A stretch of 20,000 bases of DNA from an uncultured virus (IMG/VR IMGVR_UViG_3300015244_001911) (IMGVR_UViG_3300015244_001911:52104-72103), one strand, 5' to 3'. Counted from the first letter of the stretch, positions 1-8,564 are shown. Numbers and translations are program-made. The notes: generated by a model from the letters alone, not told the origin.

Positions 1-2
1 AG

Positions 3-398
3 AAGGAAATAGCTGATCTAAGATCGTCGATTGAAAGAAAATTGAATCAACTAGAATCAAAAATCAGAAGAAACCCAAAGAGTTTAACAGGGAAATATAT
101 GGAATCAGTAAAGATCGAGTTACTCGAGATTAGCTCAGCATTGGATTCTAAAGAGAATCTGCTTAGATTATTCAGAGGTTTAGGTAAAACCGAAACTGAA
201 ATTTCTCAAGTACTAAGCAAAGAATCAGATTTCACTAAAATTGCCAATAAAATAAACCAAGGTATTGTTGATGGCGAGGACGCTAATTCTGGAACTAAGA
301 AGATTATTTCTGATCTTTTCTCTCAAGTTAGTTCTGGGAACGAGCAGACTATAAATCCTTCAGAAATTAAGAATGCTAAATCTAAATTAAATAATTAA
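3..398 (+). CDS. Hypothetical helical protein, 5'-truncated by the window edge
   Basis: The frame of the 42..398 ORF is open back to base 3 (KEIADLRSSIERKLNQLES...), so the TTG at 42 is probably internal. Ends TAA 2 nt before the next ATG. Confidence 0.75.
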   Translation, partial: KEIADLRSSIERKLNQLESKIRRNPKSLTGKYMESVKIELLEISSALDSKENLLRLFRGLGKTETEISQVLSKESDFTKIANKINQGIVDGEDANSGTKKIISDLFSQVSSGNEQTINPSEIKNAKSKLNN

Positions 399-400
399 TA

Positions 401-1294
401 ATGACTCTTAAATTTAAAGAATGGGAAGAGCTAAATGAAGCAAATCTTTTTGGTAAGATAAAGGATTGGTTCAGTAGTAATTTCGGAGGATCTCTTAGTA
501 AAATTGAGGGTCTTCTATACGATTATAAAAAACTGGAATTGGAATTTGTCGACGAATGGCAGGAAATAGCTGTTGAAATAGACAAACTCGAATTGGAGAA
601 AGGCCAAGCAAAGAATGATCCTGCTGCACTAAAAAAAGCGGAGAGATATATTCAGAGAAACAATGAGGTTTTAGTTAATGCTAAAAAAGCTCACGCTAAG
701 AAGATAGATCACCTGATGAAGGTGGTCATGGATGTTATTGGTGATAGCAGAAAGCTTCAGAATTTTTGGGAGACCAATAAATCTAAGATTGATGCTGATG
801 TTGCTGAGGAGATGTATAAGAGATCGAAAGATCTAGCTGATACAACGGAATCAAGAGATCTTTATGACAAGTACAAAAAAGCGGTATTAGCAGCTAAGGA
901 GAGGGACCTAGCATTCAGAAACAAATACGGGGATCTTATTAGCAGAGAGGATAAAAAAGAAGAGGCATCGAAATCTAAGGGTTCTGCGCCATCTACGGAA
1001 GCATCTGCTGATCTCTATATTACAATGTCTCTTGCTGATTTTACAAAAGCGGTATCTGATCTAACACCAGCTCAAGCTAAAAGTCTGGTATCTTTGTTAA
1101 TAAAGCAAAGAAATGAGTTATATGTTCAGATGGACATGGAAAGAGAAGCTCTTAATGATCAGATTGCTAATAAAACGGGATCTGGCGCAACTCGTGATGA
1201 TGCAGCTAAGAAGATTAAAGAGATTAGAGAAAAATACATGGAAACCATCAGGGATCTTAGATCTAAAATAACGATAGCTAGAAAAAATGCTTAG
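401..1294 (+). CDS. Putative virion (head-internal) coiled-coil protein with capsid-targeting-like N-terminus
   Basis: 297 aa, K/E-rich and helical. N-terminus MTLKFKEWEELNE-A resembles the T4 internal-protein leader (MKTYQEFIAE) ending in an L-x-E protease site, followed by an amphipathic segment (NLFGKIKDWFSSNFGG). Confidence 0.6.
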   Translation: MTLKFKEWEELNEANLFGKIKDWFSSNFGGSLSKIEGLLYDYKKLELEFVDEWQEIAVEIDKLELEKGQAKNDPAALKKAERYIQRNNEVLVNAKKAHAKKIDHLMKVVMDVIGDSRKLQNFWETNKSKIDADVAEEMYKRSKDLADTTESRDLYDKYKKAVLAAKERDLAFRNKYGDLISREDKKEEASKSKGSAPSTEASADLYITMSLADFTKAVSDLTPAQAKSLVSLLIKQRNELYVQMDMEREALNDQIANKTGSGATRDDAAKKIKEIREKYMETIRDLRSKITIARKNA

Positions 1295-1544
1295 TTTTGA
1301 TGAATTCAGATTAACCGAGGCTTCTAATAACACAAAAGCTCAAGAAATTAAACTTCAGATTTCCAAAAAATTCGACGAGATTTCTGATGCTAAGAAGGCT
1401 AAAAAATCTGGTGATCCAAATTCAGAAGCTGAGAGTATCGATAAACAGGCAGCTGCTTATTCTGAAATATCAACACTTATGAAATCACTTTCCGCCGAGA
1501 TAAAATCAAATGCAGGCAAAGGCGATTCAACTAATATATACTAA
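1287..1544 (+). CDS. Small putative head-internal protein
   Basis: 85 aa, overlaps the upstream stop. N-terminus MLSFDEFRLTE-A matches the same F-x-E-F...L-x-E signature. Confidence 0.6.
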   Translation: MLSFDEFRLTEASNNTKAQEIKLQISKKFDEISDAKKAKKSGDPNSEAESIDKQAAAYSEISTLMKSLSAEIKSNAGKGDSTNIY

Positions 1545-1545
1545 A

Positions 1546-4050
1546 ATGATGAACAAGAATCCATATTTAAATAATCTAGTAGCAAGATCCTTATTTGAGG
1601 GACACTACGATAAAATTTTCGAAAACGAGAAGGTAGATGCTTTGTTGAATAAGATTTCCGACAATGCATTGGATGCTTTCAAGATCTTAACATTCGATCT
1701 TGCTCCAGCGAGAGATAGAAATCCTGATATCATGAGAGTTAAACTTTCCGATATCAGCAACTCTAAAAATGTTAAAGAGCTAACTGCAAAATTGCTAGAT
1801 TATGCGGACGATAACGATCTATTAAATTCAAAGTACGCTGAAACTAAGAGACTTTATTTGGAAGCTTTAAAAAAGCTATCTGATGCACTTAATAGGGCAG
1901 CAGAAATAGGTAAGGATAAAGATGAGGTGATAATGAAATCATTTAGAAAATCCCCACTGAAACTCCAGAATTCCTTAGATAATATAGCTAAACAAGCTGA
2001 GGAGGAATTAAAGGCAAAGAAAGTTGATGAGTCAGCTGAATTTTTAGCCGACGCTGTGAATGAGTCAATCTTCACTGGATACAGAGGAAGAGTCGAGAAT
2101 CTAAAAAAACTTCTTGCTAACTTAATTACTTCTTCTGAGGGTAAAGATCAGAGAAGTGGATATGGAAGAGATTGGAAAAGAACTTTTATCGATCTTGACG
2201 AGAAAAGAAAAGTTCTGGACAACACTAGAGGCGGATTTGGTGAGAAGGATAAGAAAGCACTTGATGAATTAGAAAAACAAGTTGAAAAATTCCAGGAAGA
2301 ATTTAACAAGGCAATCATTCAAGCTGCAAACAGATCTCTACAAAATTTAGAGGATGACGAGGAAGTTTACACATCATATTCTGATGTTACTGATCTAGCT
2401 AGTACTGCTTTGGATCTTTTAACTAGAGCTAAAGCACAATATGCTATAACAGCTAAGGAAATCAAAGAAGATCAGATCGCTGAAGAAAACACAGTTATTA
2501 AATCAGTTTTCCCGCTTAAAAGAGGTGATACAGATTCTGATAAAAAGATTAAAGGAAGCGGATTAATATACGCACTTCAGAGTGCTTTGGTTAATGGCAT
2601 TCCAGCCGCGAGTAAGCTTATAAAATCAAAAGGTGGACCTAACGGAAAATATGGACCAGCTACCACCGCAGTTGTATCCACCCTTCAGAAGATGGTTGGT
2701 AATAAAAATACCAGCGGTGAACTTGATAAGTCATTATTGGATGATATCGTTGCATCTGACTGGGTTTCTGAAAAGGATAAAAAAGCAATACAGAAATCTT
2801 TGGAAATCGTTAGAAACAAAATGAATGAGAGCTCAAGTCCAATTATTAGTTTGTCAGATTTCAAAAAACTTTATGAGGGTAAGATTGTTATTAACAACTC
2901 CGATTTCGAAAAAGAGCTAACCACACAATATAAAAATATAGGTGGAACAGTAGGGACTCGTTCGGCTAAGGGAGAGACTCACGAATCCCCAGGAAGAGGT
3001 GGCTCATCATCCGGTGTTAAATCACTGGCTAAAAATCTAAGATCAGCATATAACTTAAAGGTGGAGGATGACGATTTCGTTAAACAAGATGGATCATTAA
3101 GATCTTCTTACAGTCCACAGTTTATCAAAGCTTGGAATACTAGTTTGGAAAAAGTTATGACTGGTAAGAAAGCTGATGAGTATTCATACTTCTTTTTCTC
3201 CGGCGGAGTTTATAATATAAACTTAGCATCAAGTTCATTAAAAACCCCATGTAACTGGAATAAATGGGCGGATGCCAGAGGAATTAAAACATTGGGTAAC
3301 GATGACGCAACAGATTTTGTTGAGAATTATATCAAAGGCTGGACAACATTCGGTATGGTTAGACCAGGATATAGATATGACGGTATTAAGTCACTATTAA
3401 GGGCTAATGCTCAGAATGACGATCTTGATCTAAGCACAGCTTATGAGATGATGGAAACTTCTGTTAAAAACAAGAGTGTACCTTTTATTGATTATGATAA
3501 TCTTAAGGGAGATATTGCTAAAGCATTTGGATTAGCACTACAAAGAGGAGAAAAAAGTCCAGATCTAGGAAAAGAGGAATTTGTTGCAATTAACAATTTC
3601 CTAATTATGATCGCTAATGCAGTTTCTTTTGATGGAAGCAAATTTATCAGCTGTCTAAAATGGATACATGATAATATACTGGGTGAAGCAACTGCAAAAA
3701 GAGTAAAGAGAGATAACATATATGGACTTTCTAGAAATGCTGATGATGATGACTCGGGTAAATTACTAGGATTTCAGGGATCACAGATCATAATAGCAGG
3801 ATCTCAAAAACTTGCAGATAAAAAATTAAATAAAAAAGGAGAGATTAGTGAGGATTTACCGGGTATAAAGGTTTTATCTGAAGATGATCGCGGGGGTACT
3901 GATATACAAAAAGTGCTAGCTAAAAATTGCTATTACATAGGAGCGGATGTTTATCCTAGCATTAAGCTACATGTGAAAAGAATGAATGCTACGAACTTTG
4001 AACAGGTTCCTCAGTCTGCACCATTTAAATGCCAAGAATTTAAAGCTTAA
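1546..4050 (+). CDS. Large putative virion protein containing a peptidoglycan-binding (PG_binding_1-like) domain
   Basis: The ORF track starts at 1510, but ATG ATG at 1546 directly follows the upstream TAA (1542-1544) and is the more likely start. PGBD-like motif at about 2512-2740: PLKRGD...IYALQSAL...GPNGKYGPATTAVVSTLQK...SGELD. Internal VDES/VNES/MNES/LYEG motifs are also present. Confidence 0.7.
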   Translation: MMNKNPYLNNLVARSLFEGHYDKIFENEKVDALLNKISDNALDAFKILTFDLAPARDRNPDIMRVKLSDISNSKNVKELTAKLLDYADDNDLLNSKYAETKRLYLEALKKLSDALNRAAEIGKDKDEVIMKSFRKSPLKLQNSLDNIAKQAEEELKAKKVDESAEFLADAVNESIFTGYRGRVENLKKLLANLITSSEGKDQRSGYGRDWKRTFIDLDEKRKVLDNTRGGFGEKDKKALDELEKQVEKFQEEFNKAIIQAANRSLQNLEDDEEVYTSYSDVTDLASTALDLLTRAKAQYAITAKEIKEDQIAEENTVIKSVFPLKRGDTDSDKKIKGSGLIYALQSALVNGIPAASKLIKSKGGPNGKYGPATTAVVSTLQKMVGNKNTSGELDKSLLDDIVASDWVSEKDKKAIQKSLEIVRNKMNESSSPIISLSDFKKLYEGKIVINNSDFEKELTTQYKNIGGTVGTRSAKGETHESPGRGGSSSGVKSLAKNLRSAYNLKVEDDDFVKQDGSLRSSYSPQFIKAWNTSLEKVMTGKKADEYSYFFFSGGVYNINLASSSLKTPCNWNKWADARGIKTLGNDDATDFVENYIKGWTTFGMVRPGYRYDGIKSLLRANAQNDDLDLSTAYEMMETSVKNKSVPFIDYDNLKGDIAKAFGLALQRGEKSPDLGKEEFVAINNFLIMIANAVSFDGSKFISCLKWIHDNILGEATAKRVKRDNIYGLSRNADDDDSGKLLGFQGSQIIIAGSQKLADKKLNKKGEISEDLPGIKVLSEDDRGGTDIQKVLAKNCYYIGADVYPSIKLHVKRMNATNFEQVPQSAPFKCQEFKA

Positions 4051-4073
4051 TATCATATTTTTTTAATAACACT

Positions 4074-4102
4074 AAGGAGGGACCAAAAATCCCTCCTTTT
4101 TT
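4074..4102 (+). terminator. Rho-independent terminator
   Basis: AAGGAGGGA-ccaaaaa-TCCCTCCTT stem-loop followed by a T run, 23 nt after the stop of 1546..4050. Confidence 0.85.
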
Positions 4103-4107
4103 ATTTT

Positions 4108-4168
4108 TATTGTCCGGGATTTTGTGTTACTTTTGCATGATATGAAAACAAAATCCGAAAGGACAATA
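4108..4168. repeat. Imperfect inverted repeat / long hairpin upstream of the kinase gene
   Basis: TATTGTCC (4108-4115) pairs with GGACAATA (4161-4168). GGATTTTGT (4117-4125) pairs with ACAAAATCC (4148-4156). Central loop of 22 nt. Confidence 0.6.
4128..4137 (+). promoter_or_regulatory. Bacteroidota-type sigma70 -7 element (TAnnTTTG)
   Basis: TACTTTTGCA, intergenic, downstream of a terminator and about 40 nt upstream of the kinase ATG. No well-spaced -33 TTTG is evident. Confidence 0.45.
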
Positions 4169-4176
4169 TAATCTAC

Positions 4177-4758
4177 ATGGTATACGTATTTGAAGGACCC
4201 AGAAATTCGGGTAAGACATTCCTCTCTAAATTTATAGCTGAGAAATTTGACATGCCAAGGTATCAGTTTGCCTTTGCGGATTATTTTTCTAAACTTAATC
4301 TGGAAAGTAGAAATAGTAGGGAAGCCCATGCTTTTGCTATGGGTAAGGAACTTATGCTTATGCAACTTTTTAAAGATCTCGATCCTTGCAATTATTTAAC
4401 AGATCCATTCTCTTTCGTACACGATCGCGGGATTCTTACTGTTCTTGCATGGGGAATAATGGAAGGTAGAATAACTGAAAGTGAAATGGAGGATCAAGTC
4501 AAGATGATTAATCAGATGGGTTTAATGGACGAAATTTCCATTATTTTCGTAACGGGTGACAATCCAGATAAGATGGAGAGAAATAAGGATCAGTGGGATC
4601 ACATAGATGGTGACAACAGGGAACTTGAAGCATACAATAAGGTTATTTCAAAATTCGAAGAGCATGGTATAGCAAAAATCTGGAAATTCACAAATCGCTT
4701 TGGTGACGAGTCACTTACAGATATTACATTAATGTTTGAAAATATATTATTTGATTAA
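4177..4758 (+). CDS. P-loop nucleotide monophosphate kinase (thymidylate/dNMP kinase-like)
   Basis: 193 aa; N-terminal Walker A VFEGPRNSGKT and a downstream FVHDRG motif, the DR motif typical of TMK/deoxynucleoside-kinase folds. Confidence 0.75.
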   Translation: MVYVFEGPRNSGKTFLSKFIAEKFDMPRYQFAFADYFSKLNLESRNSREAHAFAMGKELMLMQLFKDLDPCNYLTDPFSFVHDRGILTVLAWGIMEGRITESEMEDQVKMINQMGLMDEISIIFVTGDNPDKMERNKDQWDHIDGDNRELEAYNKVISKFEEHGIAKIWKFTNRFGDESLTDITLMFENILFD

Positions 4759-4760
4759 AT

Positions 4761-6176
4761 ATGTGCGGAATACTATTAACAACTAGAGGTAAATCTAAGC
4801 CTGAAATATTAGATTCAATTAAGCATAGGGGAATAGAAAGCTCCAAGGAAACATTTCCTGGACCTACCGAAGTCACATTGTGCCACCACAGGCTACCCAT
4901 ACAGACACTCGATGGTGATGACTGGAATCAGCCGATCGAGCTATCCGAAGGGGTTTATCTGATGTTTAATGGTGAGATCTTTAATTATGACACCAATCTA
5001 TTTGAATCTGATACCGAATATCTCTGTAATTTATTTTCGAAATATCAGGGAGGAAATATAGAATTCTTTGCTGCAATGTATGTTCCCCATATTGTAAAAT
5101 GGGATGGATTTTGGGCGATTGTAATCTATAACTCAAAAACTGGTGATGTTATCTCTTTCACGGATCCACTTGGAAAGAAATGCCTTTATCGAAATGAGCT
5201 TGGTGAGATCTGTTCTGAGATAAAGGGTCTTTATACTCAGCACTCCGATATAGATCAAAAGTTTATCAGCTCTGTTCGGAAATGGGGATATAACAAGGAT
5301 AACAGAACAGCTTACACCAATATAAAAAGATTACTACCTAATAACATCTACTCTCATAATATAAATTCTCCGATGTTCGAGAGCATTTATCCCGAGTATT
5401 ACCGAGCATGGGATCTTCCAATCCCTGAATTGAAAGATGCTGATTATGAAGCACACATTAATTGGCTTTGGGATAAGATGTTCGAGAGTGTTGGAAATAG
5501 ATTGGTTTCTAGAAACTATCCCATCTCCATATTAGTATCTGGCGGACTTGATTCGTCTATTATAGCTGCCGTATTAAAAGAGATGGAAGCTAAAGTAAAA
5601 TGGTTTAGTATAGAGAATGGAGAAACCCCCTTTATTAATGATTTAAGCGCTCATTTAGACACTCCTGTGACTTTCCTAGACTATGATATGGATTCGGAGA
5701 AAAACGGTCTTATATACGCTCTATGGAACGAAAGTCCGATAGATTTAGGTTCTGTTATACCCCAGTATCATCTTTTTGAAGCAATACGCAAAAATACTGA
5801 CTATAGGATAGTTATAAGTGGGGATGGATCGGATGAGCTTTTTGGTGGATATTCAAGGATCCATGAATATGATTCACAAAAATCTGATACATTTGAGGAG
5901 CTTCCATTCTATCATTTACCTAGATTGGACAAGATGTCAATGGCACACACTTTGGAGCTAAGGAGTCCTTTCCTAAATCTAGATATCGTTAGATTTGCTA
6001 TGCACCTGCCTCTTGAATGGAGAAAAGATAAGAAAATACTAAAAGACACATTTGGTCCAATGCTTCCTGAGTCCATAGTTAATCGAAAAAAAGAGGCTCT
6101 TAAGAATCCTGAAATTAAAGAGGATAAACTGGCATATCGTCAGAAAGCGGTGGACCTTTTCTTATCTATTGCTTGA
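4761..6176 (+). CDS. asnB: Asparagine synthetase (glutamine-hydrolysing) family amidotransferase
   Basis: 471 aa. Ntn GATase motifs: N-terminal MCGI, HHRLPI, QP, FNGEIFN, SDTE, DPLGKK. Synthetase motifs: PP-loop SGGLDSS, SGDGSDELFGGY, RLDKMSMAHTLELRSPFL, RKKE. Family is secure; substrate is not. Confidence 0.9.
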   Translation: MCGILLTTRGKSKPEILDSIKHRGIESSKETFPGPTEVTLCHHRLPIQTLDGDDWNQPIELSEGVYLMFNGEIFNYDTNLFESDTEYLCNLFSKYQGGNIEFFAAMYVPHIVKWDGFWAIVIYNSKTGDVISFTDPLGKKCLYRNELGEICSEIKGLYTQHSDIDQKFISSVRKWGYNKDNRTAYTNIKRLLPNNIYSHNINSPMFESIYPEYYRAWDLPIPELKDADYEAHINWLWDKMFESVGNRLVSRNYPISILVSGGLDSSIIAAVLKEMEAKVKWFSIENGETPFINDLSAHLDTPVTFLDYDMDSEKNGLIYALWNESPIDLGSVIPQYHLFEAIRKNTDYRIVISGDGSDELFGGYSRIHEYDSQKSDTFEELPFYHLPRLDKMSMAHTLELRSPFLNLDIVRFAMHLPLEWRKDKKILKDTFGPMLPESIVNRKKEALKNPEIKEDKLAYRQKAVDLFLSIA

Positions 6177-6200
6177 TATTAGAATATTAAGATCTTCCTT

Positions 6201-6209
6201 GGATATATA
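6201..6209 (+). promoter_or_regulatory. Putative phage late promoter box GGATATATA
   Basis: Intergenic, 20 nt before ATG 6230. The same box recurs at 8088 and, as GGATAAATA, at 15562 with similar spacing; it resembles the T4 late promoter TATAAATA. Confidence 0.55.
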
Positions 6210-6229
6210 GTTTAAATAATTTCATAGGA

Positions 6230-6898
6230 ATGTCAAAAATAAAAAAATTCGAAGATTTTTCATATGAGTCTGAACCTATCCAGGAGGGCTTCATGGATGA
6301 TGTCACTGGTGTAATTGGAAAAATGATCCCATTCCTAGGCACGGGGTTCATTAAGACTGTTAAACAGAAATTAGCAGCTACCCTGCTTGAAAAACTAGGT
6401 ATCCTTGAAAATTCAGCAGCTTCTGTGATTGTGCAGGAATTAGTTGACTCGATAGAACTGAAAGAAATGCCAGGCCTATTGACAGGAGAAAATGCAAATG
6501 CCGAATTTTTGGCACCAAGATTAGCTCAGGCTGTACAGGAATATATTCAAAGAAAAGGTTTCGATTCTCTATATGTTCCGTTTGGTATAGATCCTAATGG
6601 ATGGTTAGCTTCAACCATAAGAGAAAGCTTCCAAGAAGAGATTGGTAAGGAGAGATTAACTGCTTTCTTCCTAAGAGCACTTGGAGGTGAATCGGTAGGA
6701 AAGGATGTTTTAAATAAACTGGATCCTAAAAGCAAAGAGCAATTCAAAGACGCACTAACGCAGCAATTAGCTAAAGAATATCCAATTAAGGGCAAGGAAG
6801 GTTCAGGATCTTCTCAATCAGGAGGATTTATGGATACACTCGGAGCAATCTGGGATGGATTTGCAGGTGGAGCAAAAGAAGTAAAAGCTGGATCTTAA
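6230..6898 (+). CDS. Putative virion protein with capsid-targeting-like leader and amphipathic termini
   Basis: 222 aa; MSKIKKFEDFSYESEPIQE-GFMD leader. GFMD-initiated amphipathic segments occur near both ends (GFMDDVTGVIGKMIPFLG; GFMDTLGAIWDGFAGG). Confidence 0.6.
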   Translation: MSKIKKFEDFSYESEPIQEGFMDDVTGVIGKMIPFLGTGFIKTVKQKLAATLLEKLGILENSAASVIVQELVDSIELKEMPGLLTGENANAEFLAPRLAQAVQEYIQRKGFDSLYVPFGIDPNGWLASTIRESFQEEIGKERLTAFFLRALGGESVGKDVLNKLDPKSKEQFKDALTQQLAKEYPIKGKEGSGSSQSGGFMDTLGAIWDGFAGGAKEVKAGS

Positions 6899-6913
6899 TA
6901 AAAAATTTTCAAT

Positions 6914-7252
6914 ATGAATCAACAAAACGTAGCAAAAAGAGAAATCTTAGATTATAAACAATTTTTAGGTAAGGTTCATGACGATACCTATAAACCATTT
7001 TCTCCCGAGAATCAAACCCCTCAGCCAGAGAAAACTGGTCTTTCTAAGATAACAAGAGAGCCTGCATATGATTATGCTGGTTACGCAGATTCAGTATTCG
7101 GCCAACAATCTAAAGTTGATGTACCTGGATACAGAATATCCATAGGTAATCAATCAGGAACAGTTGATGCCTCTGGTGCTGCTGGTATTTTTAATATAGG
7201 AAGTGCTAACGAATCGGAGGAATTCGAAATTAAGAAATTGAGCGATTTCTAA
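6914..7252 (+). CDS. Hypothetical protein, probably virion-associated
   Basis: 112 aa with A-rich upstream region. Contains ILDYKQFL near the N-terminus and ends in ANESEEFEIKKLSDF, both resembling the leader motif of neighbouring genes. Confidence 0.6.
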   Translation: MNQQNVAKREILDYKQFLGKVHDDTYKPFSPENQTPQPEKTGLSKITREPAYDYAGYADSVFGQQSKVDVPGYRISIGNQSGTVDASGAAGIFNIGSANESEEFEIKKLSDF

Positions 7253-7272
7253 ATTGATATATTATTAAAAAG

Positions 7273-7300
7273 AAAAAGAGAGCATCCGCTCTCTTTTTTT
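7273..7300. terminator. Bidirectional rho-independent terminator between convergent genes
   Basis: AAAAAGAGAGC-atcc-GCTCTCTTTTTTT: perfect stem with an A run on the left and a T run on the right, between the stop of 6914..7252 (+) and the stop of 7299..8024 (-). Confidence 0.9.
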
Positions 7301-8024
7301 ATGTTATGGTCTCTATAAATTTTTCTTTTGCCAGTTTATAGATTTCTGAGTTTTCGTCGAAATTCTCGTATATCTCTATAACATGAAGCTCCGGAGATAT
7401 CCTCTTCTCCTTTGAAAATTCATCCAATATCTCATGGTAGATGTATTCGTAGTTTAGTGAGAAAGTTTGATTCTTGAGATAGATCTTCTTGAGTACACAA
7501 ATTTCTTTATCTCCCTCCGAAGTTTTGAGTGTGACTGATCCTTGCCAATAATATGATATGATCTTATCCGTGATCATATTTCTAACTATTAGGATTCCTG
7601 AATTGAGTCTCTCCTCTGAACTTGCGTTCAATTTTGATTTAACCTTGAATATACGGATTTTAGATTCCTCTTCCTTTAATATTTCCAGACAAACCTCAGA
7701 GTACCCATACAGAGTCTCCAGTGAGGATTCTATTATATGATTTAATGTTGATCTGTCATCATCCTCAAGATCTTCAAATTTAAATTTTTTGACATATTCC
7801 TTTTCTTCCGACTTAAGTTGTCTTATGATGGATGGGTTGATGACCTTGGTGTCTTTAAATTCGTTTAGTGATTTTATAATCTGTGAAACGGCTCTTAATG
7901 TGGAATAGCAATTCCCCGAATCCAGGTCTTTGCTTATTGATTTTAGATAATCTAATAAAACGTACTCTTTGTGCTCCGGGTCTATTGGATCTTTTATGAA
8001 CCAAATTGGGCTTATATTCTTCAT
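7299..8024 (-). CDS. Hypothetical protein (only supported minus-strand gene in the window)
   Basis: 241-aa ORF filling the gap between two + strand genes, ending at a bidirectional terminator. N-terminal WFIKDPIDPEHKEYVLLDYL motif. Confidence 0.8.
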   Translation of the reverse strand: MKNISPIWFIKDPIDPEHKEYVLLDYLKSISKDLDSGNCYSTLRAVSQIIKSLNEFKDTKVINPSIIRQLKSEEKEYVKKFKFEDLEDDDRSTLNHIIESSLETLYGYSEVCLEILKEEESKIRIFKVKSKLNASSEERLNSGILIVRNMITDKIISYYWQGSVTLKTSEGDKEICVLKKIYLKNQTFSLNYEYIYHEILDEFSKEKRISPELHVIEIYENFDENSEIYKLAKEKFIETIT

Positions 8025-8087
8025 ATTCCGACTTTTTTAAAAAAACATGCTTCTATTATATATTTGAAACATAAAAATGTTACAAAA

Positions 8088-8096
8088 GGATATATA
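8088..8096 (+). promoter_or_regulatory. Putative phage late promoter box GGATATATA
   Basis: In the divergent intergenic region, 18 nt before ATG 8115; identical 10-mer (GGATATATAG) to 6201-6210. Confidence 0.55.
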
Positions 8097-8114
8097 GAAT
8101 AAATAAAAAAATAA

Positions 8115-8564
8115 ATGTCAAGAATATACGATTATACTGCATTCTCAGGAAACTCCAGAAAGGGAGGTAATTCCAACGACTATTCATTCGGTATTGATAT
8201 GAAATATGTTGATATTGATATTTTTGGTAAACCCGAGGAATACGAGGAACTTTCCGATTGTAAGGCTTTTATAGAATACTCCGTTGATTTAATTGTGAAA
8301 AGGGGTGGTATAGATAGTCTAATATTCAATGTTAATTCAATAGAATTTGAGTTTTCTGTTGATGATTATCCTAACGGGTCTAAGGAGTTTGATATCGATC
8401 TGATCCCGGGTAAGACTGTAGATTACAACCAGATAAAAACGGAAGTTCATGATAGTGCTATTCCAACATATCCGGACAAACTAGAGATCAATATGAACAA
8501 ATCAACTGACCCTAGAAACTTCGATATTACCGTGTATTTTGGTAACGACGTGAAATATAGATAA
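8115..8564 (+). CDS. Hypothetical acidic, beta-rich protein
   Basis: 149-aa ORF with an A-rich start region (AATAAATAAAAAAATAAATG) and the late-like box upstream. No recognisable family. Confidence 0.75.
   Translation: MSRIYDYTAFSGNSRKGGNSNDYSFGIDMKYVDIDIFGKPEEYEELSDCKAFIEYSVDLIVKRGGIDSLIFNVNSIEFEFSVDDYPNGSKEFDIDLIPGKTVDYNQIKTEVHDSAIPTYPDKLEINMNKSTDPRNFDITVYFGNDVKYR

Noticed and set aside
1510..1545. ORF-track start at 1510 for the 846-aa protein
   Set aside because: It would overlap the upstream gene by 35 nt. ATG at 1546, right after the upstream TAA, fits the tight coupling seen throughout the window.
4074..4082. AAGGAGG as a Shine-Dalgarno site
   Set aside because: No start codon of a real gene follows at SD spacing; the sequence is the left arm of the terminator stem.
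4761..6176. Lasso-peptide cyclase or Gat-QueC assignment for the amidotransferase
   Set aside because: The catalytic N-terminal Cys and full AsnB motifs are intact, no lasso precursor, peptidase or RRE genes are adjacent, and the C-terminal Cys cluster of QueC is absent.
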